Shown: positions 25,505 through 38,699 of the stretch, in pieces | Position numbering within the stretch: the stretch's first letter is position 1 | Layout: each line of letters starts with the position of its first letter | Assembly (NCBI GenBank): GCA_021432655.1 | Contig: MU271270.1 | Location: 1 to 64,000 of the forward strand | Source: Atractiella rhizophila | Taxonomy: Eukaryota | Direction of reading: 5' to 3' | DNA: 64,000 nt | Translations under genes and position numbers: made by a program | The notes under the pieces: model-generated | The model's input: the letters and a program-made list of their open reading frames with translations, nothing else | Databases searched by the model: none | Told to the model about the DNA's origin: nothing

Positions 25505-27497
25505 ATGGATCTTTTAGACGAGAAGAGGGATAAATCAGCTGAGGTGGACGAGAAGAGCAAATTGAAGCCTGGTCCCAGGACGAAGAAGGCTCAGAAGAAA
25601 GCTCAAACCGATGTCATAGATAAACTTGATGCTACTGGGCTATATGGATTGGGTGGTGGAGGTGAGTTTTTCACTCCTAACATCTAGGGCATTCCTTTCG
25701 ACCATGTTTTTTGCACATGGCTTTGGGCTCTATGAGGCCGTGACTAGTTGCTATGCTTGCTAGCTTTTTGCTGCGTTGTGTGCTTCCTTCTAAGTGTCAG
25801 AAGGCTACTCCAACAGTGTTGGAGTTGCACAGCGAAGGAGCCCATCATTCTTCAGTTTTTGAGTTACCTTCGATTACCTTCGACTCTACTGCTCCAATTT
25901 TGCCTTACGAATCTCTCTGCAAGACAGTCGCAGAGTTGATGCTGGAGCCCATGAAAGTGAACAAGGCGAAGTGGCAAAGGTTTCAGGAGGACAGACTCAA
26001 CCTGACGTCAAGTGTTGCTGCTCCATTCAATCTGACAGGTGTAACAAATTGAAGCTGAAGTTGTTCATACCGGCTCATTGTGTTGCGCGATACCAAAATG
26101 AAAGCTCGCTTCTGAAGAGCTAACACCTCGCAACGTGTTGCAACAGCAACCTTTCTTCCTAAGCTACTCTCAACAGTCAAGCTTAGCTGCGATTGCTCCC
26201 TACTTTCACGGACCGAGGCGAATACTGAACTTCTCCCCGCACATTAACAGGCTTTCATCATTCCGGCCCTTACGATGCCGCCGCCTCCCGCTCCAACGTC
26301 TACGCTAACACGGGCAAGCGCCGCACGATGGCACCCATCAATGCTTTCCATCCGTCCGCTCTCGATCCAGCGATTGGACACCGACAATCTCGCGCTTACC
26401 CTCCTGGCGGCTCCCCCAATGGACGCGCACAGCCAAAGTCGAATGGCGTCGGCGTGTCTGCTAGAGCCCAGGCAGCGATGAGCGCCATGAATGATAGTGG
26501 GCTTGTGAAGGGTGGAGGCAGTGGACCGTACCCTTCTTTAAAGCATCAGGCGAGCGAGGGAAGCTTGCTGGAGCCTCTTCTTAACGGTTCTTCAACCCCT
26601 ACGAACCGGTCGACGAGTAGCGTCGCGATGGGTTTCCCAGTCAGTCAAGGAATAAGTGCGAAGGATGCGCAGGTTATGCAGGTGTGGGGTATCAGAGAAC
26701 AGGAGGCATGGGAAGACTATGGGAGGGCCTATGAACCAGGAATGGGAGGGAAAACGGACAAGAGTACTAGCCGGTTGACTCTTAGCAGTGGCTTGAGCAA
26801 AGAGGAGAGGGCCATGAGAGCTGCTAGTGTTTGGGATATGGAAGCCACCTTGAGAGAGGGGAAGCCTGGTGAGTCTCATCTCCGCATGCCGTTTGGCCTT
26901 ACAAACATTGACACGTCGTTCGTTCAAGTTGCTTCCGCTCCACCACCAGTTCCTGCCCTTCCCCCGATGCCAGATCTCACCCAATTCTCTGATGCTCCGG
27001 TCACGCACCGTCGTGGTCGCTCCAAGACACTTACCAACGCAGACCAGCTCCCAGGACCCAAGCGTTCCAAATCCCTCATCCAGAAATTCCGGAAGGCGTC
27101 GAAATCACCCAACATCCCCATGAGTTCCTCCGATGCAGAGGGTCAACCGAGCAAGAACACCTCTCTCGACGTCCCTGGGAGGAACCAAAACCTCACGGTT
27201 TCCACACCCACTTCTCCCTTAGCGGCCTCAGGAGATCTCACTGCCTCTCCTACCGACGACAAGTTTCTTTCTCCTGTTCAGGCGCCAGCTAATGATCGGC
27301 TACTGAGGTCGAAATTGACAAGCCCTTCCACACCGGAGCTGAGGGAAAAACCGCCTGTTAGCCCTATCGTCAACTTCGCGCCACCTCTCCCTGCACCACC
27401 TGAAATGAATGGAAGCAATGGCGAACTGGGACGGAAGGGCAGCATCATGCAGCGGGTTAGAAGCTTTAGGAAGAAGAAAGATTCGACAAGGGAATAG
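25505..27497 (+). CDS. Pal1-domain cell-morphology/endocytosis protein
   Basis: DVIDKLDATGLYGLGGG/GFHHSGPYDAAASRSN ... MAPINAF across intron 25662-26250. Confidence 0.82.
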
Positions 27498-27964
27498 AAA
27501 TCGAGCGAACGAATCATGCTGTTAAGCACGTGCAGACTGACTTCGTTTTTTCTGGAGGAGATCGAGCTGAGCTCGATAATATGTTCTTGGTTTCTTCACC
27601 TACTCTCTTTCCACAAGTTAACTTTCGTTCGTTCAATCGTTGATGCGGATTACTTGAGGCATTGAGGCATTAAGGTATACCTTACACACACGGTTTCAGA
27701 TAGAGGGATTGTTGCCAGTTACTTGATTCGTGCCAGTCATTCTTTTCTTTGAATTATTTGCGTGATCAATCCTTTTTGTCAATATTTATCTTTGTGAGAA
27801 GTGCTTCTGTAAATGCTATGCCGAGACCTCAAGGTAGCCTTTCGTGGGTTGTGATTTGAGGATCCTGGGCATTAGGATCTGAAAAGTCATGAAAGCATTC
27901 ATTGCAAGTATGGGCAGGCGGAAAGTCGAAGACCAGACAAGCCAAAGAAGATCAATCCATCCAA

Positions 27965-29504
27965 TCAATGGGTGCCATACAAATCAGACAACAGCCTATA
28001 AATTAGTGACCTGGGACTCCCACCACTTGAAAAGTATTTATTAGCTGAGGAGATATCAAGCAGGGAGAGAGACTCACAGATTGGTGACAAACAGATCTAT
28101 CAAGTCTCCTGGTACAAGATCATAGAAGTTACCCCATACCTCGACTTCATTCTCTTCATCGACTCCCATTCCGTCGGGGAGTACACACATTTCGTATGGC
28201 AACACCTTTCCAGGCCACGCTCTCTCCTCCACGCCCTTCCCTCCATAGTTGAGTCCGAATTTGTAGCTCGCTCCGACAGCGAGGACAGGAACCTTCCATT
28301 CTTTGGCCATATGCGCAAGTCCAAAAGCGCCAGCGAAACACTGGGTGGAGCCGTCGGCGGAGACACTATGGCATGGGAGGAGGATCTTGCTGCACTTCGG
28401 GATGAGGGCTGGAGCAGAACTGTAAGGGATGAGTGTGGTAGGAACGGGGGGCTTTGCGTTCGAGAGAGCTTCGTAGAGACTTAGTCCCGAGTCTCTGTTC
28501 CATCGATAGATTTGTCAGCTCAACCTAAAAGTGGTGAAAGGGAAAGCATACGAAGGTTCGCATTCGACCACAACAACATTGATCTTTCGCTTTCGAGATG
28601 CGGCTCGAAGGAACGTTTCGATGGTTCTTGATTTTCCGAGCGTCATCACTACTTCCCCGGAATGGATGAAGTCAAGAGCAGATTCGGCAATACTCGAATG
28701 GATGCCTTGGAGCTCGGAAATGAGGTCTGTGAGCGCGTCATGAAAGGCTCGTTTGAGAGAATTGGAGTCTCTTGAGAACTGTGAGATAGTGGCGGACACC
28801 GCTGAGGTAGGCGGGACGGTGGCGGGTTGAGAAGAAGTGGAGGGCCAACTGGAGAGCGGTGGCGGACGGAAGAAACCTTCCGACGATGACTTCGATGAGT
28901 GAGACTTGGAAGAGGTCGATGGGAATGGGTTCTTGTGTCCCAACAAATCAAACATCGATATCATATCATCCGTATCTGTACTCTCGGTAGACCCTTCAGA
29001 AGGCGCTCCTAATCGACTTGGTGCGCGGGATGTGTCGGCAGAGCTGCCCGGAACGGGAGTCGGTGGGATGGAGGAGAGAAAGGAGAACGTTGGGTTACGG
29101 GCGTTGACACCAAGTTCTGGGTGGACCTCCGCGAGTTTGAGGGCGAGAGCGGTGGAATATTCTTCTCGGATGTATTTGAGTGCGCGGAGGGTAATGTTGG
29201 TAATCACGGTCTCTGCATCAAACATGGATCAATCAGCTTCAAATTTTCGCAAGAATCTGCAAGAAAACAGACCTCTTCCTCTGGTACCTTCCTCAAAGAT
29301 CCAATCGCCTACTTCGAGCACAATCTTCTCCAACTCCCAAAAATCGTTCCATTTGTATTCCCCGACCAATTTGTAAAGAATTTGAACGGTTTGGAGCGCG
29401 ATTTCTTGTGATCCCAACAAAGAGGGAGAGCGCGACAGGAGGCTTGATCGCAGGTTCTGTAGGGGCTTCGCCAGCTTGGGAGGAAGGGATGACGGGAGAG
29501 CCAT
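27965..29504 (-). CDS. GCD7: Translation initiation factor eIF2B beta subunit
   Basis: GSQEIALQTVQIL, ETVITNITLRALKYIREEY, ALDFIHSGEVVMTLGKSRTIETFLRAA, VVVVECEPS, VPVLAVGASYKF, YDLVPGDLIDLFVTN. Confidence 0.88.
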
Positions 29505-30067
29505 TCTGACGTTGGTCGTTTGTGCAGGAAAATAGCAGAGTCACTGATGCTGGAAGATGCGGGCATCGGGTTCAGATTGAGTTGTCGGCGGCCTTCTGAT
29601 ACAACAAACATTTTGTGCTTCCCTGACACCATTGATATCAGATACATACCATGATGTGGGTTAAACTGCCTTAAAGGGGTGTAAAGTAGTCTCGCCTGGA
29701 GATATTCTCCAGGACATATTAGCTGAGAGCATGAAAAGCTTTATGTTGCCCTGTTGTATGTTGTATGCGTGTTGATTAGCTTTTATTTACCATCCACATG
29801 TGCATGATTTATGAAGGCTTCACAGATCAAAGTGGGAGATGATTATCCTGTCGATTGACTGGAGAAGAGATGTCAACAACATTGCCACCAATTGGAATGA
29901 CGGCATCCCCACTTTCGCTCCATGCTTGAAGTTCCTGGCATTTCATTAGTCTGCCTCTACGCTCCTGCGAGAGCGTGACGGGTGGAGGTATAGCGAGACT
30001 CTATAAAAAGAGTAGAAATTGGGACGATGGTCAGGCCCAGCTGAAACGAAGTCCAAGTGTTAGAAAG

Positions 30068-32703
30068 ATGTTTACGATGATCGCACTCTTGCCTCAACTG
30101 GCACTAGGAGCGGCGGTACATGCTCCTCGACAAGACACTACTTGTGCGTGTCGATGAAGCTTTGTGATGCTTGGTGACAAAAGATTTTCACGTAGATCTG
30201 CCACCGAAATACAAGTCTATTTCAGTAGGATCAATCAAGCCAACCGGGTGGCTCTTGGACCAAACTAATATTCAAGTCAATGGCCTCTTCGGACACCTCC
30301 CTGATTTTTACCCAACGTAGGTAAACCCCTGTGATTAAGGAGTTAGAGATCTAAAAGGTATGTGCAGTGTCCAGGACTCGAAATGGACAGGAGGCGGAAC
30401 TGACTACTCGGATTTGAATGAAGGTTTGTCTCTTCGCTTGTTTCATCTTATCGTTGTTTACAATGACAATATAATCTTGCAGGAGGGAGCTACTTTTACA
30501 ACACCGCCGTTCCTCAGGCATTTATTTCTGATAATTCCGCGTTGAAAACATGGGTGTCGAATTTTGCGAATGTAGGCATCGTGCTGAAACTCGATGCTGT
30601 CGCTGATCACAATGTCTTATGAAGTACGTGATTGCTCATCAGGCTAACGATGGATGGCTTGGCCCTGAGCCTAAGACGTTTTGGGGACGGTACCCTTTCT
30701 TGCTTGGGTTGACACAGCGTAAGCGTCTTCCCTTCTCTAGTATGGAGTTGTCTGACGTGATTGTATGAAGATATGGAAGCTGACCCTTCACTGGTCAACA
30801 TCGCGTTACCGGCCGTCTACAAGTTCATATCGTTGATGAACACTATGTTGAAGAACAACGGCCAGGGTCTCGAGGAATGGGTATGCCTGCACAATTTTAT
30901 GCTTCATCTTCTCACGCTGCTACAGGGGGCAGCGCGTGCGGCGGAGATGGCTCTCACTTTCCATTGGTTGCGCGACAATTATCCCTCTGTTAACGGGGTG
31001 GACCAAACCTCCCTCCTGATCGAAACGGAGGAGTTGATCTGGAGCACGGCTCTTAACTGGAATGATTATTTGAACGATGCAACTATTCCCCACGGTCCTT
31101 CTCCTGCGTTCAATATGACGACTCATGGTAAGCATATTTGTCCTCTCCAGCTGCCACTCATTCTATGCATAGGTGTGAATGTCGCAATGGCCCTGAAGAT
31201 GAACGCGGTGCGATACAGAACGACTGGGAGTCAGGAACAGATAGACACTTCGTACAGCAACTGGAACAGCGTGTTCAAATATCACGGCTTGACGGCTGGG
31301 CACTTCGCCGCGTGAGTTCTGTCAGCGCCTCATCCTTCGCGAATATTGATGAGGATAATAGGGATGAGCACTTGGCTGGTCTAGATCCCTGGAGAGGGTA
31401 TGTACAGTTACCCTGAGTGAAGCTGGTGGCTCACGCACGGATAGAGCGGAGCTTTGCGAGGTTGCTGAACTTCTTTTCAGTTCTTCCCAGCTCTATCAGA
31501 CGTTCGGCGACAACTTGTTTGCTGACAAGGCTTGTCTTTCTTTAAGCTTCTGGAGACATGTCTGACGAGAAAGATAGGCGGAAATGCTCGCCTACAATTC
31601 ATTCCCTGCCACCGTCACGCCAGATATCTGGGGGCGACAATACCTGCAGCAAACAAACCAAATTTATGCGAAGTCCGCTTCCCATTTTTTTGTAGATGAA
31701 TCTGACGTACCAAACAGACGACTGAATCCTAACCCGTTTGCGAGCGACGGCGACTAGTATGTTGCACACTCTGTCTTTGATTTATTTGACAAAGATCTGC
31801 AGTTCGAATGTTTTTGGCACAGAGCCCAACTACCCCTGCTGTACGGTGAATGGAGGTCAAACCCTACCCAAATTCATCACAAACAGCTTTGTGACTTCCT
31901 GGGACAAGACCTCTCTCATCCACGCTTACCTGGCGCCGCTTCAACTCAGTACGACTCTAGCCAATGGGAACGCTGTCTCTGTCAAGGTGACCACCCAATA
32001 TCCTTTTTCTGATATTCTGCAATACGACATCAATGCCGAGGCAGGGTTCGATTTCTTCATTCGTATCCCTACTTGGGCAAACGCGCAATCCACCATCGCG
32101 TTGAACGGAGGTGCTTCCGCAGCTCTGTCTCCCGACTCGGGAAAACTACAAAAGGTCCAGGTCCCAGCAGGAACATCATCTTTCGTCCTCACTCTTGGAG
32201 CGGATATTGTGGTCGAGAACAAGCAGAGAAACACGGTGGCTGTCAAACGTGGTCCCTTAGCCTATGCCACAGATCTTTGGAGGAGTGAACGGATTTTGGC
32301 GACTTACCCGGTACGCCTCCACTTTGTCCTTCAAGGAAATTGAACCTTCGAGCTAATATCCAATTTTCAACAGAACGAAGGTCGAGCCGTCGATAGAGAA
32401 TACGACCTCACCGTTTCGTGGGCCTTCGGTATAGATCCTTCGACGCTTGAATTCGTCCCTAATCCATCCCCTGAACCGTCTGGAACTCTCCCATCCCCTA
32501 TCTGGGACACTGCACAACATGGAGGTGGTCCACCGATCAAGATAACTGCGAATGGGTGCAGGATCACGAACTGGCCTAACAATGGCGATATTGTCACAGC
32601 AGCTCCAGAATCCCCCCAGTGTGACGGGAGCGTTCAAATTGTTCTATGGCCTTACGGATCGGCTAAGCTCAGACTAAGCGAGCTCCCAACCGTCACCCCA
32701 TAG
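30068..32703 (+). CDS. Secreted glycoside hydrolase, GH127/GH146 beta-L-arabinofuranosidase-like, many introns
   Basis: Signal peptide MFTMIALLPQLALGAAVHA; GSIKPTGWL, THG/VNVAMALK, DEHLAG, ELCEVAE, EMLAYNSFP, PNYPCCTVN, TQYPFSD, IRIPTWA, RGPLAYA, PYGSAKLRLSELP. Confidence 0.85.
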
Positions 32704-33049
32704 CCGACGATGCGACTATATCTGGAGGAGAGAAGGGAAAGTGTAAATTCACAATGTTGTCAGATAGGATGACCATGGTTGAATATTGAATACCGATACT
32801 GAAATAAATGATACAAATTCGTACAAATGCTGCAAGTATTCTTCACGCGTATTGACACATGTCCATGACATCTAGCTCGAGCGCTTATTCATAGGGTAAA
32901 TGCGATAATTATCACAATGTGATCACAATACACAAGTCACGTGCAAATAAGCATCGGTATTTCCTCTTCAGGGTTGACAAAGAGCAAGTTACGCGTCTTG
33001 ACTGAACGAGACAAACATTCATCAAAGCTTTTGGCAACGATTCTCCAGC

Positions 33050-34914
33050 ATGGCATCAACTTCGAACTCATCAGACGGCGCGAAAGCAGCAGCGGATGAA
33101 TCTCTGCCCAAGATTCCAAACCTGAAATTACCTGAGCTCTACTTCTTCCTCACCTCCGATTATACCATACCTTTGAGGGAGGTACCTCTCACTGGGAGAG
33201 CTGAGAAGGAACAGAAAGAGCAGGAGTTGATTAAGGGTATTGAAGAAGACGGTGAGTTTCTTTTGTTTTTGTTGCTGGCGGAGGGGTTCCTGGGTACATG
33301 GCTAGGCTACTGCTCCTGCCTCCCTTGACACAGCAGATGTTATTCATCGGCTGCTTTATTATGCCTACTGCTGGAGCTATCGCTTTCATGGATATGAACG
33401 TCAATCTCAGACTGTGTTGGCTGAACGTCATGACGGCTCCTTTTTGTGTTTCTGGCTCTGGATATCTGTCTTGAACTTTTGCGTTCTATTATTGTTCATT
33501 TTTTAGTAGGCATGACGCTGACAGTGTGTTCTAGAAATGGCGCCTTACCTCTCAACCTTGATCCACCCACCATCAACTACACCACAATCTCCTTCACCTT
33601 CATCCCCCATGTCGCCTACCATTCCCCTCCCGGACTCTTCCCATGGTTTCTCTCCTTCTTCCCTTCCTCAACTGGAGTCACTGCTTGTGCGCCTGAAAGA
33701 GAAGAATGAGGAACAGCTGAAGTCGTTTGATCAGAAGCTAGATGATGCAGAGAAGAATTTGGGAGAGACAGAGGTGGGAGAGATTTTGAGGAATCGTGCA
33801 GCCTATTTGGCCAAAATCGGGGAGAAGGTAACTTTATTTCTCAAATTTCGCGTTATAAATCAAATAATTTGCGTGACAGGAAGTCGCACTCGCAGCCTAT
33901 GAGAAAGCTCTGGAAAAGACCGCTGGTCTCGGCTCTAAGATTGACATTCGCCTTGCTATGATGCGTGTTGGTTTCTTTCACGGAGACAACGACGTGATTG
34001 TCAGCAACTGCAAGGCAGCAAAAGCGTACGCTCCTACTCTAGCGCCAGCCCGTGTTGTTGTGAAACCTTTGGTACATAGGCTCGTAGAATCGGGTGGCGA
34101 TTGGGATCGCAAAAACCGTCTAAAGGCTTATGAAGGATTATACCTCATTTCCATCCGGAATTTCAAGCAAGGAGGATCGCTTATACTGGATACCATCGCT
34201 ACCTTCACAGCTAACGAGCTCATCGACTATGACGACTTTCTCGTTCTTTGCGTCATTGCTGGTGTCCTCATTCTTGGGAGGAAGGACTACAAGAAGACGG
34301 TACGGCACTTACCATTATTTAGTTCTAGTGAGTTGATAAATGGATAGATCATCGATTCCCCGGAGATCATTCAAGTTCTTCCATCTCGACCTGTTCTTGA
34401 GAACTACGTTCGGTCCCTGTACGATACGGACTACCATAAGTTTTTCAGGGCATTAGGTATGCTCCTCTGCAGCTTTTGATTCGCTTATACCGAGACGCAT
34501 GTTTTACAGTGGACATCGAGGAGGAATGTCTCATTCCATCCCGAATCCTCTCCATCCATAGCAGATATTACATGCGGGAGATGAGGATCAAAGCTTATTC
34601 CCAGCTTCTTGAGAGCTATAAGAGCGTTACCATCGCAAATCTCTGCGATGCATTTGGGATTACCCAAGAGATGTTGGAAGCGTGCGTCCCTTCTTCTGCC
34701 TCATAGATCCACTGCTGAAACGTATTTCGATTGTTGCAGAGATTTGTCCCGCTTCATCGCTGCCGGGAGACTCAATTGTTCGATTGATAAAGTTGCTGGT
34801 ATTGTTGAGACTAACCGTACCGACATCAAAAACTCGAAATACGAGGCAGTTGTTCGTCATGGGGATCTTGTCTTAAACAATATTCAGAAACTGTCAAGGG
34901 CAATTGCTGTCTAG
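33050..34914 (+). CDS. RPN7: 26S proteasome lid subunit Rpn7
   Basis: [81 protein letters not shown]. Confidence 0.97.
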
Positions 34915-35473
34915 AGAATCGAAATCACACATCTACATTAGCTACAGACCATCCATGTGACAGGCGAAAGAGCGGCAGCAACAGCAAACTTAACCTATTA
35001 CTTTTGCGAGCCCTCACGGTCCTTCCTAGCTTATTGCTGAATACATTCCCGTCGAGCGCACTCAATGCAATAAGACGACCAACATGCAAAACTGGAACGG
35101 TTCAAATAATGTTCACCCATGTTATAACAAGTCTAGTTGGAAGGGAAGATGGTCTGAAGGGAGAGGAACAGGTCGTAAACTTTGAAAAGGGCAGATGAGA
35201 CCGGTGGATCTGTTATACAGTCCTTTTCAGCGAATGATGTCCTGGAACCTCTGGCGATTGGCAGAGACTTGTCGCAACTTCGTGCCACCAACAGCAATAG
35301 GACGTTCGCTGTTGAGCTGGATTAAAATTGTTGTCAATTCATCAGTCACAATAAAGCAACATTTCCATTTCCGACAGTCACACTGCTGCGAAGCAAACCC
35401 AACGGACCAAACAAGAAGAGCACGAAATGATGAAACTGATTTCTTATCCGACTTGAGCTTGGGTGTCGGGATC

Positions 35474-38316
35474 TTAAAGGCGTGTCGCAAGTCGATTGTA
35501 CGCCTCAGAAATTTTTTGGAATGGTTGGAACTGCCCATTTTTAGCTCCCGACGTGTCGTCCCTTCCAGGATGGTACATCTTCGCACGGATGTATTCGTTC
35601 AACTCTGGATCTTCCATATCCCTCAGTTTTGAATTGCGATCAACTTCCTATATTTCCCCAACGAGTTAGCCGCTTATTGAGCAGGAAGTCGAAAACATGC
35701 CTCATCTTGAGCACCTCGAATCACTTCCCTCGCAATCTCGGCACTGATATCCCTTATCCTCTCCAGTTCGGGATAAATGAGACCCTTCGATTTCTCCTCC
35801 GGAGTCAAGGAAGCAGCGAGAGCCATCGCTGCGATCTGGATCAGTGATTTGGGGATCGTCGACACTTGAGCGTTCACTGCCCCGAGTCCAATTCCTGGGA
35901 AGACATAGAAGTTGTTGCATTGTCCTGGTTTTCTTAGACTTCCTTCCCATTCGACGGGCTGAAAGGGAGACCCCGATGCAAATATGCAAGTGCCATCTGT
36001 GGCGGCGAGAGCTTGCTCATACGTGCACTCGCTCTTTCGTACCTTTCACACATCCAGTTCAGCAACAAGCCTGATTGCAGGGAGAGAACAGGCAGAAACG
36101 AACGGGATTGCTGAGCGGAAAGATGATGGGGCGAGCATTCGTAGATTTTACCAATTTCAGAACCTCTTCTGTGAAGGAGCCACCGACAGTCGAGAGACCA
36201 AGCAGAGCAGTGGGCTTGACGTGCTGAACGACCTCTAGGAGAGATTTAAGTTTGGGAGTTTGAGGATCAGAGCGAGAGAGGGAGCGTTTGTGGGGAGGGA
36301 GAGTGTCGCCTCGGTTGTCGGCAATCAGTCCCTGAATACGTTCAGTATTAACCTTTGCTTTCGATCTAGGAGAATGCAAATACCTTAGAATCCACCAACC
36401 AGATCATCTCCTTTGCCTTTGAGCGCTCGATCCTCTCGAAATCTACCAGCCAGTCCACAATCATCTCTGCAATTCCCACTGCTGCAGATCCAGCACCAAA
36501 GAATACGACTTTCTGATCCTGCACCGGCGTTCCGGACATCTTGAACGCATTAATCAACCCAGCGAGAGTCACTGCTCCGGTACCCTGGATATCGTCATTG
36601 AAACATGGCTGGTGAACAGGCATGCAGGGTCAGCGACACTCTTCAACATCCCTGTGCGAAAGGAAGGAGTAGAGCAAGGAAAGACCTACAAAGTGTTCCC
36701 AGTTTTCTTCCAAGAGTTCGAAAGCAAGCTCTGTGTTGAAATCTTCGAATTGAACAATGGCTTGCCCATCCCATCGCTTGTGAACGGCATGAAGGAACTC
36801 GCGAACGAATTCTTTTGCTTCTGCATTCGGAATGCGTTCTTCTCGCAAACCGATGTAGTTTGGGTCTTCCAGAAGACGTTTCGTCGAGGTGCCATAATCA
36901 AGGACGACTGGAAGAGTGCGCTCTGGATGCAGACCTGTCCAACATCGTGGTGAGAACCGCTTTATGAAATAGAAAGGGACAAAGACTAACCTGCTCCGCC
37001 GACGTAGAGACTGAGCTTGCCAATAGGTATACCTTCGGACCAGCCAATGTCAACACGAGAACAAAATGGCACGACAAATTGAGACGGACCAATGCCTCCT
37101 ACTCCTAGATCTCCAAGACCCAAAATTCGCGATCCGTCAGTGACGACAATCATGTCCACTGGTGCGTTCTTCTTCCATTGAAAGTTGGCGATGATGCTCT
37201 CGAGCCTGCCTTTATCTTTGAGGGAGAGATAGAGCGCAGGGTGAGACGTCGTGAGCGGAGGAGGAAGTTGAGAGAAAGTCTCGCAAACTGTTCCTATCGT
37301 AGGCGTGTAGATTAGAGGCGTGATTTCCTAGCACCAAAATGTGTTCACAAATTGCCTTGTTTCGGCGCAGAAGTAGAAAGTGACATACTGAGAGATTTTC
37401 GATTAGCAGTCGGTAGAACACGTCGTGATTATTTGTCCTGAGGGACGCGAGATAGTTATACCTGTTCCCTCGTCAGCGATGACAGCACTTAAAGCGAGGA
37501 AAGCTGACTTTTGCATCTCCCCCTCAATGCTCCTTAAATGCACCAAACACCTGCCTGCCTCCTTAATAACCTCCACTTCCCTCTCATGATGCTGCAACCC
37601 GACAGGTCGCGTCTCGTGTATGTGCAATTTCGAACGGAAAGCTTCGAGCTTCATGTCTGTGAAAGAACGGAAAGAGGTGAGTACGTTTTGCATTGCTCTA
37701 TTCGTACTTTTATTTTCTAGAAAATCTTGAAAAAGAGGGAGAAGAAGACACTGAAGAAGAAGAAGAAAAGTGCTCCGAGTCGAATGGTGGTTGTTGTAAC
37801 GTCACTTTAGGCTGGCCGCTTCGATACTGCCACCGGCGTTTTATTCAAGCTGCAACCCCAACCAACTCGGACGCTCAGGCTTCGCAGGAAGGAGATCGCG
37901 TGAGCACGCAAACTATGCATCCTCCGCCCTCCTCCATAAATTCGGACCTTCAAAAAAAAGCAAGCGAAAGTACTTGAGAGCTGAGTTCAAGACGCACCTG
38001 AGTTGAGATTTCCAATAGCAGCGTCCAGCAGACTCTGAACCCTTCGAGGATCTTGCGAGGGGCTTATATATTTCTGGTCGTCAAGATTAGCGGGAGAAGA
38101 ATGAACAGCTTCCTGAGGTGTCCGATTACCGGTAAGTAAACTTGAATCGAGTGAGTGTGACTTTGCTGAGCTCATTGGAGATGAATTTGGCGTGATTGTC
38201 GAGTGAAAAGAGCGAACGGAGAGATGCTGTTGATGGTGTCCGATGTTTTTCAGGCGAGTTGTTGAAGGTGTCAAGCCTTTGAGGACTCCGACGCGGGAAA
38301 GGAAGGCTCCAGACAT
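35474..38316 (-). CDS. MAE1: Malic enzyme with predicted mitochondrial presequence, multi-exon
   Basis: [88 protein letters not shown]; last exon ends ...KMYHP...LATRL*. Confidence 0.93.
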
Positions 38317-38699
38317 AAATATTTGGTAATTCTGGGGAATCTGGGGAATCTGGGGAAGCAAACTTGATTGATTGGGATGATAAAATCAGCCCAAGAAGCA
38401 GCACCTTCCTTTTCAATTCAAGCTTTGTTGACCCCAACGCCTTCTTCAGCCTCCAACTCCGCCTTCCACTGACTCCAACCAATTTCGATGAATCACATTC
38501 GAAATACGCGTCGGGACGCGTCTATATCACGGCGCCGCTGATCTTCTCTTTATCGTTCCAATTTTATCATGCATCCCCGAAGGAGACAGTTCACAGAGCC
38601 GTCATACGGATTTCAACTGTTCAAACCAAGCAGAAATTGCACAATGCTAACTATTCTCAAATCTCCATCTTGCACAACCTTCAAGATTGAAGACGTCCA

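Noticed and set aside
32840..33040. ACGCGT words and a PACE-like TTTTGGCAAC upstream of RPN7
   Set aside because: Short or imperfect matches; yeast motifs cannot be assumed in this lineage
35227..35586. 119-aa minus ORF as the malic enzyme C-terminus
   Set aside because: The spliced frame that preserves the malic enzyme ending stops at 35474
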